Shown here piece by piece: positions 43,125 to 53,461 of a DNA stretch of 64,000 nt. The position numbers and the translations under genes were made by a program. The notes beneath the pieces were generated by a model, which saw nothing but the letters and a program-made list of their open reading frames with translations, had not been told where the DNA came from and did not search any database. The stretch's first letter is position 1. The number at the start of each line of letters is the position of its first letter. The stretch is from Candidatus Bathyarchaeota archaeon (lineage in GTDB: Archaea; Thermoproteota; Bathyarchaeia; Bathyarchaeales; Bathycorpusculaceae), in assembly GCA_963811105.1 (NCBI GenBank), contig CAWEPZ010000011.1, forward strand, positions 960,001 through 1,024,000, read 5' to 3'.

Positions 43125-43163
43125 AGGTAAGACCAGTTAGGCTGGTCTATTACCTCAGTTTTT
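43125..43163 (+). terminator. Stem-loop with T-run downstream of the precursor gene
   Basis: AGGTA-AGACCAG-TTAGG-CTGGTCT-AT-TACCT, followed by CAGTTTTT. Confidence 0.5.
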
Positions 43164-43328
43164 ATAAAATTAAAAAACGCTTCTCGTTAAATCTAACATA
43201 AAACTTTGGTTGTCCAATCGTTTAATATAGACACTATGATCCATGTTTCGTAATAATAAAGAACTTTAAATCATCCATGAGTGGCTTATTAGGAAGTCTT
43301 CCAAAAAAATATCTTAAAAGGGTTACAA

Positions 43329-44918
43329 ATGCCTGTATTTCTTTGCATCCCTCCAGTTTCTTCGTTGGTTCCTTATCCAGCAATTCCATACTTAACAAGT
43401 AGCCTGAAAGCAAATAATCAAAAGGTAAGTACCTTTGATCTAAACATAAACGCTTTTAATTTAACTCTTTTCCACCAAGGCGTTGATATTAAACCCGGGG
43501 AAATTTTACGTAAGAATAATCATGGAATAAAGGCGAAATGCGCAAGAGTTCCTGAGGCAAATCTTTACTCGACCATGCGAGAAAGCAAAGAAATTTTTGA
43601 ACAAATTATGTTCGAAGAGGCTTCTGATCAATTAAGTTATCCCTATTCGAGTCTACAGTCCAGATATATTATTAGCAAAGAATTAAAGCAGGCAATAATT
43701 TCGGATGTTTGGAAAATTTGTAATAATTGGTTTTTGGAAGTTGCCAATGATTCCAAAGAACAAAGTATTGTAGGATTTCATGTAATAAGTCAAACTGGAT
43801 TGATGTGGAGCATACTTCTTGCACGAAAATTAAAGAAAATTCTGCCCAAAATTTTGACAGTCTTGGGGGGTCCAGCATTCCTCGCATGGGAAGAAGTTCT
43901 CTCAGCCAATCCAGAAATTGACGTAATAGTTCGAGGGGAGGGTGAGGTCACAATTTCTGAGATAGCTAATTTGTATGACGGCAGTTTGGAATCAATAAAA
44001 GGAATCAAGGGAATTTATTACAGAAACGAGAAAGATAAAATTGAAACCAATGCGGATCGCCCATTAATAAAATCTCTTGACGCTTTGCCTTTTCCATATT
44101 ATGGTGATTTACCGTTAAAAGAATATCCTCAGAATAAGTTTGGAATGCCTATAATACCCGTTGTTGGTTCTAGAGGATGTATAGGAAATTGTGTTTTTTG
44201 CGTTGAAAAACGTTTATGGGGTAACACTTATCGGATGCGCTCACCAGAAAACATCGTTTCCGAGTTCAAAAACATTAAAGAAAAATATGGAACTTCTGTT
44301 ATTCGCTTCAATGACAGTTTGATAAATTGTAATATCAAATCTCTAGAAACATTCTGCAATTTATTGATTGAAGATAACATCAGAATGCAATGGATGGGTA
44401 ATGCTCGAATCCGACCTGAAATGACTGATAAATTGCTTGGGAAAATGGGCCAAGCAGGTTGCATAGGATTATGGTATGGCATAGAATCTGGGTCTCAAAG
44501 AATATTGCATAAAATGAAAAAAGGATATAATTTGGAAACCGCTAAAAATGTAATCCACGATACTGCTAGAAACGGCATTCGAGTTCTAATATTTATGATA
44601 GTAGATTTTCCAGGAGAAACACCAAACGATTTTAGACAGTCCGTTGATTTCTTAAAGCAGAATCAAGATTACATTGATCAAGTCAGCATTTCACGCTTTG
44701 GCGTCTTGCATGATTCAGAAATAGCTCTCAGCCCAAAAAAATATGGAATTGAAGTTATTAGAAGAAAAATGGGCGTTAATTACAGTTACATCTATTCACC
44801 TAGACCAGAGAGCAATCGATATGAAATCTTAGATTCAGCCTGGAAGCAATTAAGTATGCTAAAAAAAGCAAACCCAGCTAGAAATAATCGCGCAAAAATA
44901 ATCGTCCCATATTACTAA
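43329..44918 (+). CDS. Cobalamin (B12)-binding radical SAM protein (class B methyltransferase-like)
   Basis: B12 domain (LGGPA, RGEGE), SRGCIGNCVFC, RSPENIVSE, GIESGS and FPGET motifs. Confidence 0.92.
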   Translation: MPVFLCIPPVSSLVPYPAIPYLTSSLKANNQKVSTFDLNINAFNLTLFHQGVDIKPGEILRKNNHGIKAKCARVPEANLYSTMRESKEIFEQIMFEEASDQLSYPYSSLQSRYIISKELKQAIISDVWKICNNWFLEVANDSKEQSIVGFHVISQTGLMWSILLARKLKKILPKILTVLGGPAFLAWEEVLSANPEIDVIVRGEGEVTISEIANLYDGSLESIKGIKGIYYRNEKDKIETNADRPLIKSLDALPFPYYGDLPLKEYPQNKFGMPIIPVVGSRGCIGNCVFCVEKRLWGNTYRMRSPENIVSEFKNIKEKYGTSVIRFNDSLINCNIKSLETFCNLLIEDNIRMQWMGNARIRPEMTDKLLGKMGQAGCIGLWYGIESGSQRILHKMKKGYNLETAKNVIHDTARNGIRVLIFMIVDFPGETPNDFRQSVDFLKQNQDYIDQVSISRFGVLHDSEIALSPKKYGIEVIRRKMGVNYSYIYSPRPESNRYEILDSAWKQLSMLKKANPARNNRAKIIVPYY

Positions 44919-45098
44919 ACGAAGTTTCTTGTAAAGAGAATTTCTCCTTTTGCTTTTTTGTCGCTAAAGATGGTGATAGTTAAGGCAAAACGTACAGGAG
45001 ATTTCTGTTAACCACGTTTTTCAAGAGTCTATTAACAATTTTGCAAATCCTCATAAACATAAATAGCGGTACTTCATAAAAATAGAGTGCGATTATTT

Positions 45099-46272
45099 TT
45101 GTCAAAAGATAAATCCGTAAACAAAGCCCTCTCTAAAAAGTCTACAAGAACTGTTCCTAAGAAAAAATCAGATTCAGCTGGTTCAAAAAAAAGATTAACC
45201 AAGAAACAAAATGAACGCCCACATACACTTTTTGAAAAAAATCAACATTTTGAAAAATTGGATCCCGAATCTTATGCGAAACTGCAATCAACAATACATG
45301 AAGTCGTTGAAAAAACGATGCCCGAATACAAAGAATGGCTAAATTCTGCATTTGGCGAAAAAATTATTCCCGATGATTGTTCCAATGCCCGCCCAACACT
45401 TATCCAAAGGTGCCGCGTCTGTCCAAAAAATTGACGATATTGTAGTTGCTGCTTTCAACAAAGCTATGAAAGCAGTACGTCAAGCTTCGGAAGAAACTGA
45501 GCAAACGGAAATTATGGAAAAATGGTTCAAAAAAAAATTTTTTGACGACGTTTCTGACATACGACCTGAAAGCAGAAACTATTACAAACATTGCGTACAC
45601 AATTTCGTTACTCAATTTTTCTCCAAAGAAAAAATAGCTGGAAAAAGAATCCTCGACTTCGGATGTGGACCAGGATACTATTCCACGATTTTGGCCCAAC
45701 GCGGAGCAGACGTAACTGGAATTGACAGAAGTGCATTTCTTATTTACAAAGCAAACGAACTCAAACAAAAACTAGGACTTAAGAATATAGAGTTTTTTCA
45801 AGAAGATTTTCTTGATTTTGAGACAAATGCAAGGCCCAAAGAGTTTGATTATATCATAGCGATAGACACAATTGTGAGTTTTGACTTTTCCAGACAGAAG
45901 CATAACCATGAGGATTTCACTAAGGCATTGAGCAAAATCAGCAGAATTCTGAAAGATCAAGGTAGATTTTTTATAATTGAGGCGCATCCTTTTTTCGGTC
46001 AATTTGCTAAAGGAATAAAATTCTCAAGCGAAGGACATTTTCATGGTCGTTTATCTCATTATAAAATAGAATATAAGCGTAAAGATAATCCTAATCATTG
46101 GTTTACCCTTGACGAAATGACGAAGGCTCTTAATGAGAACTGTTTGGCAATTTGCAGGATTTATGAGCCTGATCCAAGTGTTGAATTGGAAAAAGAAAAC
46201 GCCCAATTATTCAAGTTTTTCCTGAAGTATCCACACATGATTGTATATGAAATATGCAAAGTGAGAAACTAA
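45099..46272 (+). CDS. Precursor-paralog scaffold fused (via a +1 frameshift near 45398) to a class I SAM methyltransferase
   Basis: ORF 45087-45434 carries the leader homolog EKLDPESYAKLQSTIHEVVEKTMPEYKEW. ORF 45352-46272 carries the follower homolog QKIDDIVVAAFNKAMKAVRQASEE, then ILDFGCGPG, VTGID, LKDQGRF and EAHP. Confidence 0.75.
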
Positions 46273-46535
46273 TTAATGTGCCATGTACTAACCATAGTGA
46301 GTTTTTCCTTTTTTTGCCGAGCAAACCTTTTTGATTTAAGCGGTCTGAATCTCGGAGACACTTCTACAACCGGTTTGAACGTTGCCATCTTAAACATGGT
46401 TCGTGGAAAAATCTTTTTTTAATGCGGAAAAAATGCATAATACCTATTACAGTATCGTGGCGTCGAATGTGATGAATGCAAAAGTTGTAGTTACTCAGAT
46501 GTCTGCGCCCGTGAATGCATAGGAAAACAGACTAA

Positions 46536-47484
46536 TTAGACTATTTTATCAGCCGCCATTTTCATTTTTTCCAAAATGAATCTCACTTTTTCGAGTGATG
46601 TCATTCCAAAGCCGCAATCCGGATGGATATACCTGATATTTTCTCTTCCGGCAGATTTCCTCAATTCTGTTATATCGCTCCATAATTATTCTCTCATCTT
46701 CAACATTGACGTTTGAGATGAACCCTACTCCAAGTTTCTTACCGTGCTCTTCCAGTGATGTCTTTGAGATGATATCCAAATTCTCTTTTTCTTCTTCTCC
46801 GCTAAATCCTAAACTTAAGATTGGAATATCAGAATCTAATAAGACATCATATAGATTCGGAACACTTTTTATTGATCCACAGACGTGACAGCTAACTTTT
46901 TCCTCTTTAATCGAAAAAGGTGGAAGATGCAAAGTAAAATCTTCCAAGATCTTTTTAGCAGACTCAAGAGAAACTCGCCCAGTTGAAAGCAAAGGTTCGT
47001 CAATCTGCACGTAAGCTCCAATATTAAGCGCTTCCTGCACTAGAGGTAAAAGGGCACGAGAAAAATCAGAAAACAAAGATTCTTCTTCGTCTAAATTATA
47101 ATGCTTCATTGTACTTTCCATATCCGCTAAAGCACAAGTAGTACCTAACGTCATTGGACCTGTAATTGTAATTTTGACTTTCACACTCTCTTTTCCTAGG
47201 CTTTCCAGGATTGATTTGACTCTTCTATAATCGTTAATCTTGTAGAACTCATCTATCTTGTCTCGTTTTATGGGTTCAATTTTTCCCACAATCTTCAAGC
47301 CATCGTCGAGTCTTTCTAGACCTGGAATTTGCTCAAAGTACTGAATCATGTTTCTTCGCAGTTCACCATCAGTTATCAGATCGATGCCGTAGTATAATTG
47401 CAAATCAACGATTTCTCTAATCGCATTTTCAAGAGGACGATCTGATTTAGGAAAACTTCCGACAACAGTTGTTTCTATTGGCAT
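46536..47484 (-). CDS. Cobalamin-independent methionine synthase catalytic-domain protein (core MetE-like), 1-nt insertion at ~46652
   Basis: TTVVGSFP, ITDGE, TITGPMTL, QIDEP and CHVCG motifs. Removing one base restores IAGRENIRYIHPDCGFG...MKMAADKIV*. Confidence 0.85.
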
Positions 47485-48055
47485 GAAAATAGTTAAATAA
47501 ACATAAATATTTAAACCGCTTGTGAGCAACTGTTCAGAACTGCTTCAACGTACAGTTTCAAGCTAAATTACACCTTTTGCTCCGTAAGTAGCTCCTGAAC
47601 TTGGCGCTCAATTTGGCATCTGATTTCTCGAACTTGTCTATGGGTTTCCTTTTGGGTCTTCAAGCTTCCATTCGATTGTTGGCCTGAAGAGCATTTTTGA
47701 CCCTCAATTCAAAACCGGCTGCCTAATTGATTATTGCTATCTGAACCTTTTTGACACATGATTGAATTTGTCGCTGACTTCAAAAAACCGGAAATAAAGA
47801 AAAGATCGGGCTTTGTTTTCGATAGATATTGGAAAGTAAGGAACGGGTGTTTGCAAGATTAGAAAAACACATAGCACATCTATCCTAAGATTTCGTTGGC
47901 ACTTATTGATTCCGTTGTCAAAGGCAAAATTATGCAAAGGTAGAAAGAAAGTTGCAGCTATCTATTTCTTAAAGAATACTTGAAAACCTAAGCCTTTTGC
48001 TAAAATTATCTTTGAACAAGAAAAAGAGGGAGATGTAATTTTATTGTTTGGGTGG

Positions 48056-50698
48056 TTATCGTTTTCTGAGTATCAGAATGGCTGTTGCGACTGAGAGGAT
48101 AACTACGATTATTATTGCGATTACTCCGGCGACTATGGTCATTGTGTAGTCTGGTGTTACGGATTGTGAAGCTGCTTGAGAAGGTGCCAATGTTGCTGCT
48201 GGACTAACTGCTATTGCTGTTGCTGCTCCTGAACTGCCATATGAGTCGTCTCCTGCAAATGAGGCAACAATTTTGTATGTGCCTTCTGTTGGTGGGGTCC
48301 AAGCCATCTCAAATGTGCCGTAGTATGCGCTTGAAGTTACTGTTCCGATGTTGATGACTTTGCCAGATGAGTCTATAGCTGTTAGTGTTACTGGTATGCC
48401 AGTCATGGTAACGTTGTGGTACATTCCATCTATTGGAATTTGCATGTGTAGGTATTCCATTTGAGTCGACATTGAGTCTGCGGAAACGCATGGCGTACCT
48501 GGTTGGGCTGGTGATTGATCCATAACTGTTCCTCGTATTAGCACTTGGGTTCCCAATGGTGTAGCGGTGTCGGGTGCCGTCACTGTGGTTTGTGTTAAGC
48601 CTTTGCCAAAGACGTCTAGGTAGCCGTCGTATTCATCGAGGAATGCGAGGTAGCCGTCTGATATTGCGCCTTCGAAGTAGCGTGAGCCTGGTACTCCTTG
48701 ACCCATGGTTATATTCCATATGCCTGCGCCTGTGGTAGCGTTAATGCAGAAGAGTCTCCAGCCTCTTGTAATTGGCTCGCTTGGCGTATGTTCACAGTTG
48801 AAGGTGAAGAGTTTTCCATCAGCCACGTAGCCTGAGCTGTGCCAGGAATAGTTTCCGCCATATGGTGTTTCAAATGGAGGTGCGGGTGCTGTGAAGGTCC
48901 AATCGATCTTGCCTGTGATCCAGTTGATCGCGTGGACTCCTGCGTAGTCATTGTCGAATATGTATCCGTAAGCTGATTGCACATCGTAAGCTCCGAAGAC
49001 TCCCCATGGCCATTCTGACAGCGGGCTCGTCCAAACCAGGTTCCCAGTCTTTAAGTCCCAGCAATCCCAGTCGCCGCCTAACAAGCGGACAGCTGCTTTG
49101 CCGTGATCGACAACCATTGGGGTTCCAAAGGTTTGTCCCCAGCCTGAACTAGTGTCTGTGGTTTTGTTCCAGAGGAGTTGTCCAGTGTATATGTTTGCTG
49201 CTTGTATGAATATGCCAACGTTTACTCCTAAGCCGGCTGAACTGATTGCGCCTGTGGTGACAGCGATTCCTGATTCATAATCAACTGTTCCCAGACTGCT
49301 AAATGGCCAAGAAATGTTGCCCCATATTCTTGCGGTGAAATTGTCAACAACTGTTTGCGCGCCTCCGCCGTGAACTTGCTCAGAGCCTGCGTTATTTGCT
49401 ATGGTCCAGTTGATTAAACGGTAGGTGACAGATGATCCTGAGCCGATTGTTTGTATGCTCAAGACCCATGGGTCTGCGTAGAATGTGCCGGTAGATACTC
49501 CGGAGGGGACTCCTGTGAAGTTTGAAACAACTGTGCCAGTTAAGGGGTCGTACTTGATTACTCGACCTGAATTTGAGCCTGACGCTCCAGTTATCGCTAC
49601 AAAGTATACTGATTCGCCTACTCTTGCTTCTGCGCCTGGAACTTCTGCGCCGCCTCGCTCATAGGTGATTATGGTGGGTATTGTTTCTCCAGTGGCTACT
49701 GGGCGTTCCCAGTATATCTTGCCTGTTTGCAGATCATAGCATCTCCATTCGTTGACTGCGCTAACTGTAGTAGGGTATTGCCATGTGCCGTTGATGTATA
49801 CTGGTTGTGTGGGTTCGCTTATGACTTCATAGCATCTTCCTGAGTAGATGATGGTTGGGTATCCACTTCCCGTTAATCCTCCGGCTGTCCAAGAGAGTTG
49901 TCCTGCTGGTCCACCGATGAGTCCGGCGATGAATGTTGGTCTTTGCCAGACTATGTGTGCTGTGTTTGGTGCTTGGACGTAGGGTGTGAATCTGTAGTTG
50001 CTCATGTATTTGTTGGTGTTTGCTGGCCAGTAGGTGCTTCCTCCAACAACGCCTGTTGGAGGCCAATTGCCTAATATTGGCCACCATTCTCTGTTGAAGG
50101 ATTCAGCTGGTCGTGACCAGTAATCTGTTGGTAATGCTGCTGGAGGCCAAGATGCTACCGCGTTTTGTTGCACTGTTACTGATACTTGAGGTGTTGTTGC
50201 TGGTTTGTAGTAGGCTGAGTCTAGAAATGCAGAACCGGATGTTCCGTTTTCGACGACACTTCCTTGGAGGTAGTATCCTGCGGGGTAGTATTGACCTAGG
50301 AAGTTAAATTGGAATTTGTAGGTACCGGCTGTGTCTGGGGTGTAGGGGAACCATGCTGTTGAGTCGCCTGCGTAGGATGATATTGGGCCTACAGTGGTGG
50401 TTGTTCCATCTGGTTTAGTGATTGTGACTGTGAATGCGTTTACTAAGTCTCTGTTTATGTTGATTGGAGGTTGAAGCCAGATGTTTACAAGTAACTCTTG
50501 CCCAACTCCGATTGGGTTTGGAGTGACATCAAGATAAGCAGTAGGAGTCACAGTAATGCTTGCAGTTACTCCGGCTGGTAAAGGTCCTGCTACTGGTTGG
50601 CTTAATGCTTTTACTGTCATTTTTGTCGTGGTTGCTATTACAGAAGCCATCAAAATGATTATGATAATTGCAGTTATCTTTTCACGATTTATTTTCAT
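48056..50698 (-). CDS. Large PQQ-like beta-propeller cell-surface protein (paralog 2)
   Basis: Same architecture and motifs as 34747-37326 (LPTDYWSRP, NREWW, EHTP..RGW, MEYLHMQ). Confidence 0.9.
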   Translation of the reverse strand: MKINREKITAIIIIILMASVIATTTKMTVKALSQPVAGPLPAGVTASITVTPTAYLDVTPNPIGVGQELLVNIWLQPPININRDLVNAFTVTITKPDGTTTTVGPISSYAGDSTAWFPYTPDTAGTYKFQFNFLGQYYPAGYYLQGSVVENGTSGSAFLDSAYYKPATTPQVSVTVQQNAVASWPPAALPTDYWSRPAESFNREWWPILGNWPPTGVVGGSTYWPANTNKYMSNYRFTPYVQAPNTAHIVWQRPTFIAGLIGGPAGQLSWTAGGLTGSGYPTIIYSGRCYEVISEPTQPVYINGTWQYPTTVSAVNEWRCYDLQTGKIYWERPVATGETIPTIITYERGGAEVPGAEARVGESVYFVAITGASGSNSGRVIKYDPLTGTVVSNFTGVPSGVSTGTFYADPWVLSIQTIGSGSSVTYRLINWTIANNAGSEQVHGGGAQTVVDNFTARIWGNISWPFSSLGTVDYESGIAVTTGAISSAGLGVNVGIFIQAANIYTGQLLWNKTTDTSSGWGQTFGTPMVVDHGKAAVRLLGGDWDCWDLKTGNLVWTSPLSEWPWGVFGAYDVQSAYGYIFDNDYAGVHAINWITGKIDWTFTAPAPPFETPYGGNYSWHSSGYVADGKLFTFNCEHTPSEPITRGWRLFCINATTGAGIWNITMGQGVPGSRYFEGAISDGYLAFLDEYDGYLDVFGKGLTQTTVTAPDTATPLGTQVLIRGTVMDQSPAQPGTPCVSADSMSTQMEYLHMQIPIDGMYHNVTMTGIPVTLTAIDSSGKVINIGTVTSSAYYGTFEMAWTPPTEGTYKIVASFAGDDSYGSSGAATAIAVSPAATLAPSQAASQSVTPDYTMTIVAGVIAIIIVVILSVATAILILRKR

Positions 50699-50719
50699 TT
50701 TTTCTTTGCTCCTTAATTC

Positions 50720-50748
50720 TTTGCAGAGCTAACAAAATGCTCTGCAAA
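50720..50748. promoter_or_regulatory. Perfect 10-bp inverted repeat upstream of surface-protein paralog 2
   Basis: TTTGCAGAGC-TAACAAAAT-GCTCTGCAAA, ~22 nt upstream of the ATG at 50698. Confidence 0.4.
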
Positions 50749-50934
50749 AATTAGTTATCTACTCTGAGCGCTTTTAAGGTTTTAGATAACGCTTTTATAA
50801 AGACAAGATGCTCGAGTTAAAATGCGCTTACATAAACATGAGAAGTCTCGTTCGGAGATAGCCACTCTGGTATGTCACGGTACACAATTTTCCTTAACAA
50901 AGAAAAAGGATTAAGGAGCTTTATTGCTCTGCCT

Positions 50935-51669
50935 TCACTGGATAGAGTCTCTTTGATTAAGCAGTTTTTGAATTTGCTGCAATATATCTTCAGACGAAGA
51001 AGCCTTGAAATGTGCAGGTTCGCGAACTCCCGGTCCGACTTTGGCGTACTTTGCTCCGATTTGTGTCATTCTCTGCGTTAGGCGTAGCTCGGGATATACT
51101 TCGTCTATTACTGACAGCAAGACGGCTTGCTCGGAAGATATGATCTGCCCACCTTCGAAAAACTGAGCAGGCTCGATTGCCGACCATATCATCTCTATCG
51201 TTTTCGCTGAAAGAGCCCCTTGCAACGGTTGATCAATTAGACTTGCAGCTTGATGCGCGGGTTCAATCCATTCATTTGAGAGTTTTAGTTTGAGCGCACT
51301 TAACCACAGCAGATAAATATTGAAAGTTCCTGCAACAACTGTAATCAGTTTCTCTTCATTGATGCCTTTGAGGACTGGCATGAGTTCACTCTCAAACACG
51401 GTACCTTTAAGGTTTTCAGCACCCAAGCTAACTGATTTGACCATTCCGCCATCTACTTCGATTTTGCAAGGCAAGGTGGAGGCAACAACAAAGCCAATTT
51501 GTTTGGATGCACGGTCAAAGGCTGCGTCTATCTTTGTCTGGTATTTCTCTTTAATCAACTGGTAAATCGCAAGCAGGTCTTCTCTGTATTTGATAATCTT
51601 CGGATGCGCGGGTTCCACCCAAGGTCTCTGCTTTCTCAGCATTGTTTCATCTATTCTTTTTTCATCCAA
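50935..51669 (-). CDS. Hypothetical protein with four EPAH/EPAQ motifs; putative substrate of the upstream B12 radical SAM
   Basis: WVEPAH (aa 17-22), WIEPAH (134-139), AIEPAQF (164-170) and VREPAHF (215-221). RBS GGGGTGA; 13 nt after the rSAM stop. Confidence 0.8.
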   Translation of the reverse strand: MDEKRIDETMLRKQRPWVEPAHPKIIKYREDLLAIYQLIKEKYQTKIDAAFDRASKQIGFVVASTLPCKIEVDGGMVKSVSLGAENLKGTVFESELMPVLKGINEEKLITVVAGTFNIYLLWLSALKLKLSNEWIEPAHQAASLIDQPLQGALSAKTIEMIWSAIEPAQFFEGGQIISSEQAVLLSVIDEVYPELRLTQRMTQIGAKYAKVGPGVREPAHFKASSSEDILQQIQKLLNQRDSIQ

Positions 51670-51682
51670 TTTTTCACCCCCT

Positions 51683-53461
51683 TCACAAATTTCTTATTCT
51701 CTTCTTGAATTCGTCATATGGAAGGTAGTTTTGTCCAATTGCAATCATGTTTAGTATCTCGTCAGGGTTCCTTCCTTGAAAAGAATATGAAGTTTCTAAT
51801 CCCACATTGGAACCAGCCGTTATCAAATTCGACGATTCCATAACATCTTCGTCATTCAGAATAGCCTGTGTATCTAATCCCCCGTTTCTATAAGCTTTTT
51901 CAAGGTAGTTGATTATCCGATCGCCTTTCACAAGCAGAACCGCACTTCTTCTGTCGATTCTCTGTCTCATTTCTCTTGCAAAACGATGAATTTTTAGCTC
52001 ATCCTCAACGTTGACCTCAGAGACAAAATCAAAAATACCAGACAATTCTTCAAATGTGTCCAGATTAGTCTCTTTTATGAAATTTCGAACCGCTGCCCTC
52101 AGGCTCTGCGAGAGAATTTCAGGATGGAAACGCCGAAGAATTTGATAGTAAAAATCAACCTGCATGTTAAAGTAGTGCAGACCATTGTCATTGAAATTCC
52201 TGTCGAAAAAGGCATAATTCGCGATCTTGTGGAATACTTCGACCTTTGGGTCTTTTATGCGGTAGTCAAATCCGAAATAGTCGCCGAGCAAGCGTCCCTG
52301 CGTGCGTAGTTTCTCTTCGAGCCCTGTTCCTGCGTAAGCTTCTGCCCGGCAGAAATTAAAGGGATTTTCTATATGGCGTTCCATAAAACGAAGGTTGATG
52401 AGTAAATCGTTCATGGTTGCATCGAGTTCAAACATCAAGAAGTTGAAAGCAACATGAACATCGAAGTCATTGAGAATCTGCAGCGCATTAAGAATGTCCC
52501 CGATTGTTTGTTTGCGGTTTAGGTTTCTCAAGCCGTTCTCAGAAGCATTTTCAACACCCAAGAATACTCGGAAAAGGCCAAGCTCATCAAGAACGGATAT
52601 AGATTCGCGGGTAATGCTGTCAGGTCGAGCCTTCACGGCGATTGCGATTTTTTCAACTCCATTTCTTTTCAGCTCGTCCCGTAATTCCTTGAAGCGTTGC
52701 AGGGTTTGCTGGTTGTCGGCAAGAAAGAAGTTGTCATCGTGGAAGTTGAAAATTCGAATGCCGTATTCAAAATAAAGTTGCTTCATCTCGGCAACGATGT
52801 TTTTTATGCTGCGGACTCTGAACTTCTTGCCTCCTTGGTGTTCATACCATGCGTTTATGCTACAGAAAGCACAGTTCCGCCAGCATCCCCTACTGCTCAG
52901 TATGCCCGCAATCGGCTTGTCGAAGTACTTGTTGAATGTTGTTCTTTTCGGAAATGGCAGTGCGTCCAGGTTTTCCTGCTTAATGCCAGGTGAACATCTT
53001 ATTGTTCCTTCAGTCCCCCTAAAAGCTAAGCCGGGAACATCTTCCAGTCTGTCCAAACTCTGAGCCAGCTTACAAAGCAGCAGTTCGCCTTCGCCCAGGC
53101 CGACCGAACTAAAAGCAGGAAAGTCCTTTAGCAGTCTTTCGTAGTTGAAAGAAGCAAAATGCCCTCCAGCAACTATATGTCCCTTGTAACCTGCGTCCCT
53201 TAGCCTCTGTGCCAGGCTGCAAAATTCTCTTGCTCTGCCTGTAAACACCATGGACAATGCCGTTATTTGCGGGTCTGTCTGAATGATTTTTTCTACTACT
53301 GAGGAAATCTCGGCTTGAGAGTTGAAAGGTACGATTTGTGTCTCTATGCCGACTTGCTCTAATGAAGATGCCATGTACCGAATGCCGATGTTTTCCTCTA
53401 ATTCTGCGCCAACAAGGGCAACTTTCACCTTATCCCCCCAATCAAAGTGTCTAAAGTGCAA
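51683..53461 (-). CDS. Cobalamin (B12)-binding radical SAM protein (likely start GTG 53428)
   Basis: ENIGIRY, AGGHFAS, GEGE, SSRGCWRNCAFC, FHDDNF, RPD and LGVE motifs; long C-terminal extension. Confidence 0.92.
   Translation of the reverse strand: MHFRHFDWGDKVKVALVGAELEENIGIRYMASSLEQVGIETQIVPFNSQAEISSVVEKIIQTDPQITALSMVFTGRAREFCSLAQRLRDAGYKGHIVAGGHFASFNYERLLKDFPAFSSVGLGEGELLLCKLAQSLDRLEDVPGLAFRGTEGTIRCSPGIKQENLDALPFPKRTTFNKYFDKPIAGILSSRGCWRNCAFCSINAWYEHQGGKKFRVRSIKNIVAEMKQLYFEYGIRIFNFHDDNFFLADNQQTLQRFKELRDELKRNGVEKIAIAVKARPDSITRESISVLDELGLFRVFLGVENASENGLRNLNRKQTIGDILNALQILNDFDVHVAFNFLMFELDATMNDLLINLRFMERHIENPFNFCRAEAYAGTGLEEKLRTQGRLLGDYFGFDYRIKDPKVEVFHKIANYAFFDRNFNDNGLHYFNMQVDFYYQILRRFHPEILSQSLRAAVRNFIKETNLDTFEELSGIFDFVSEVNVEDELKIHRFAREMRQRIDRRSAVLLVKGDRIINYLEKAYRNGGLDTQAILNDEDVMESSNLITAGSNVGLETSYSFQGRNPDEILNMIAIGQNYLPYDEFKKRIRNL

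Noticed and set aside
46423-46539. Cys-rich stretch (ECDECKSCSYSDVCAREC) as another precursor
   Set aside because: It has an in-frame stop just upstream and no start or RBS, so it is probably a decayed gene tail.
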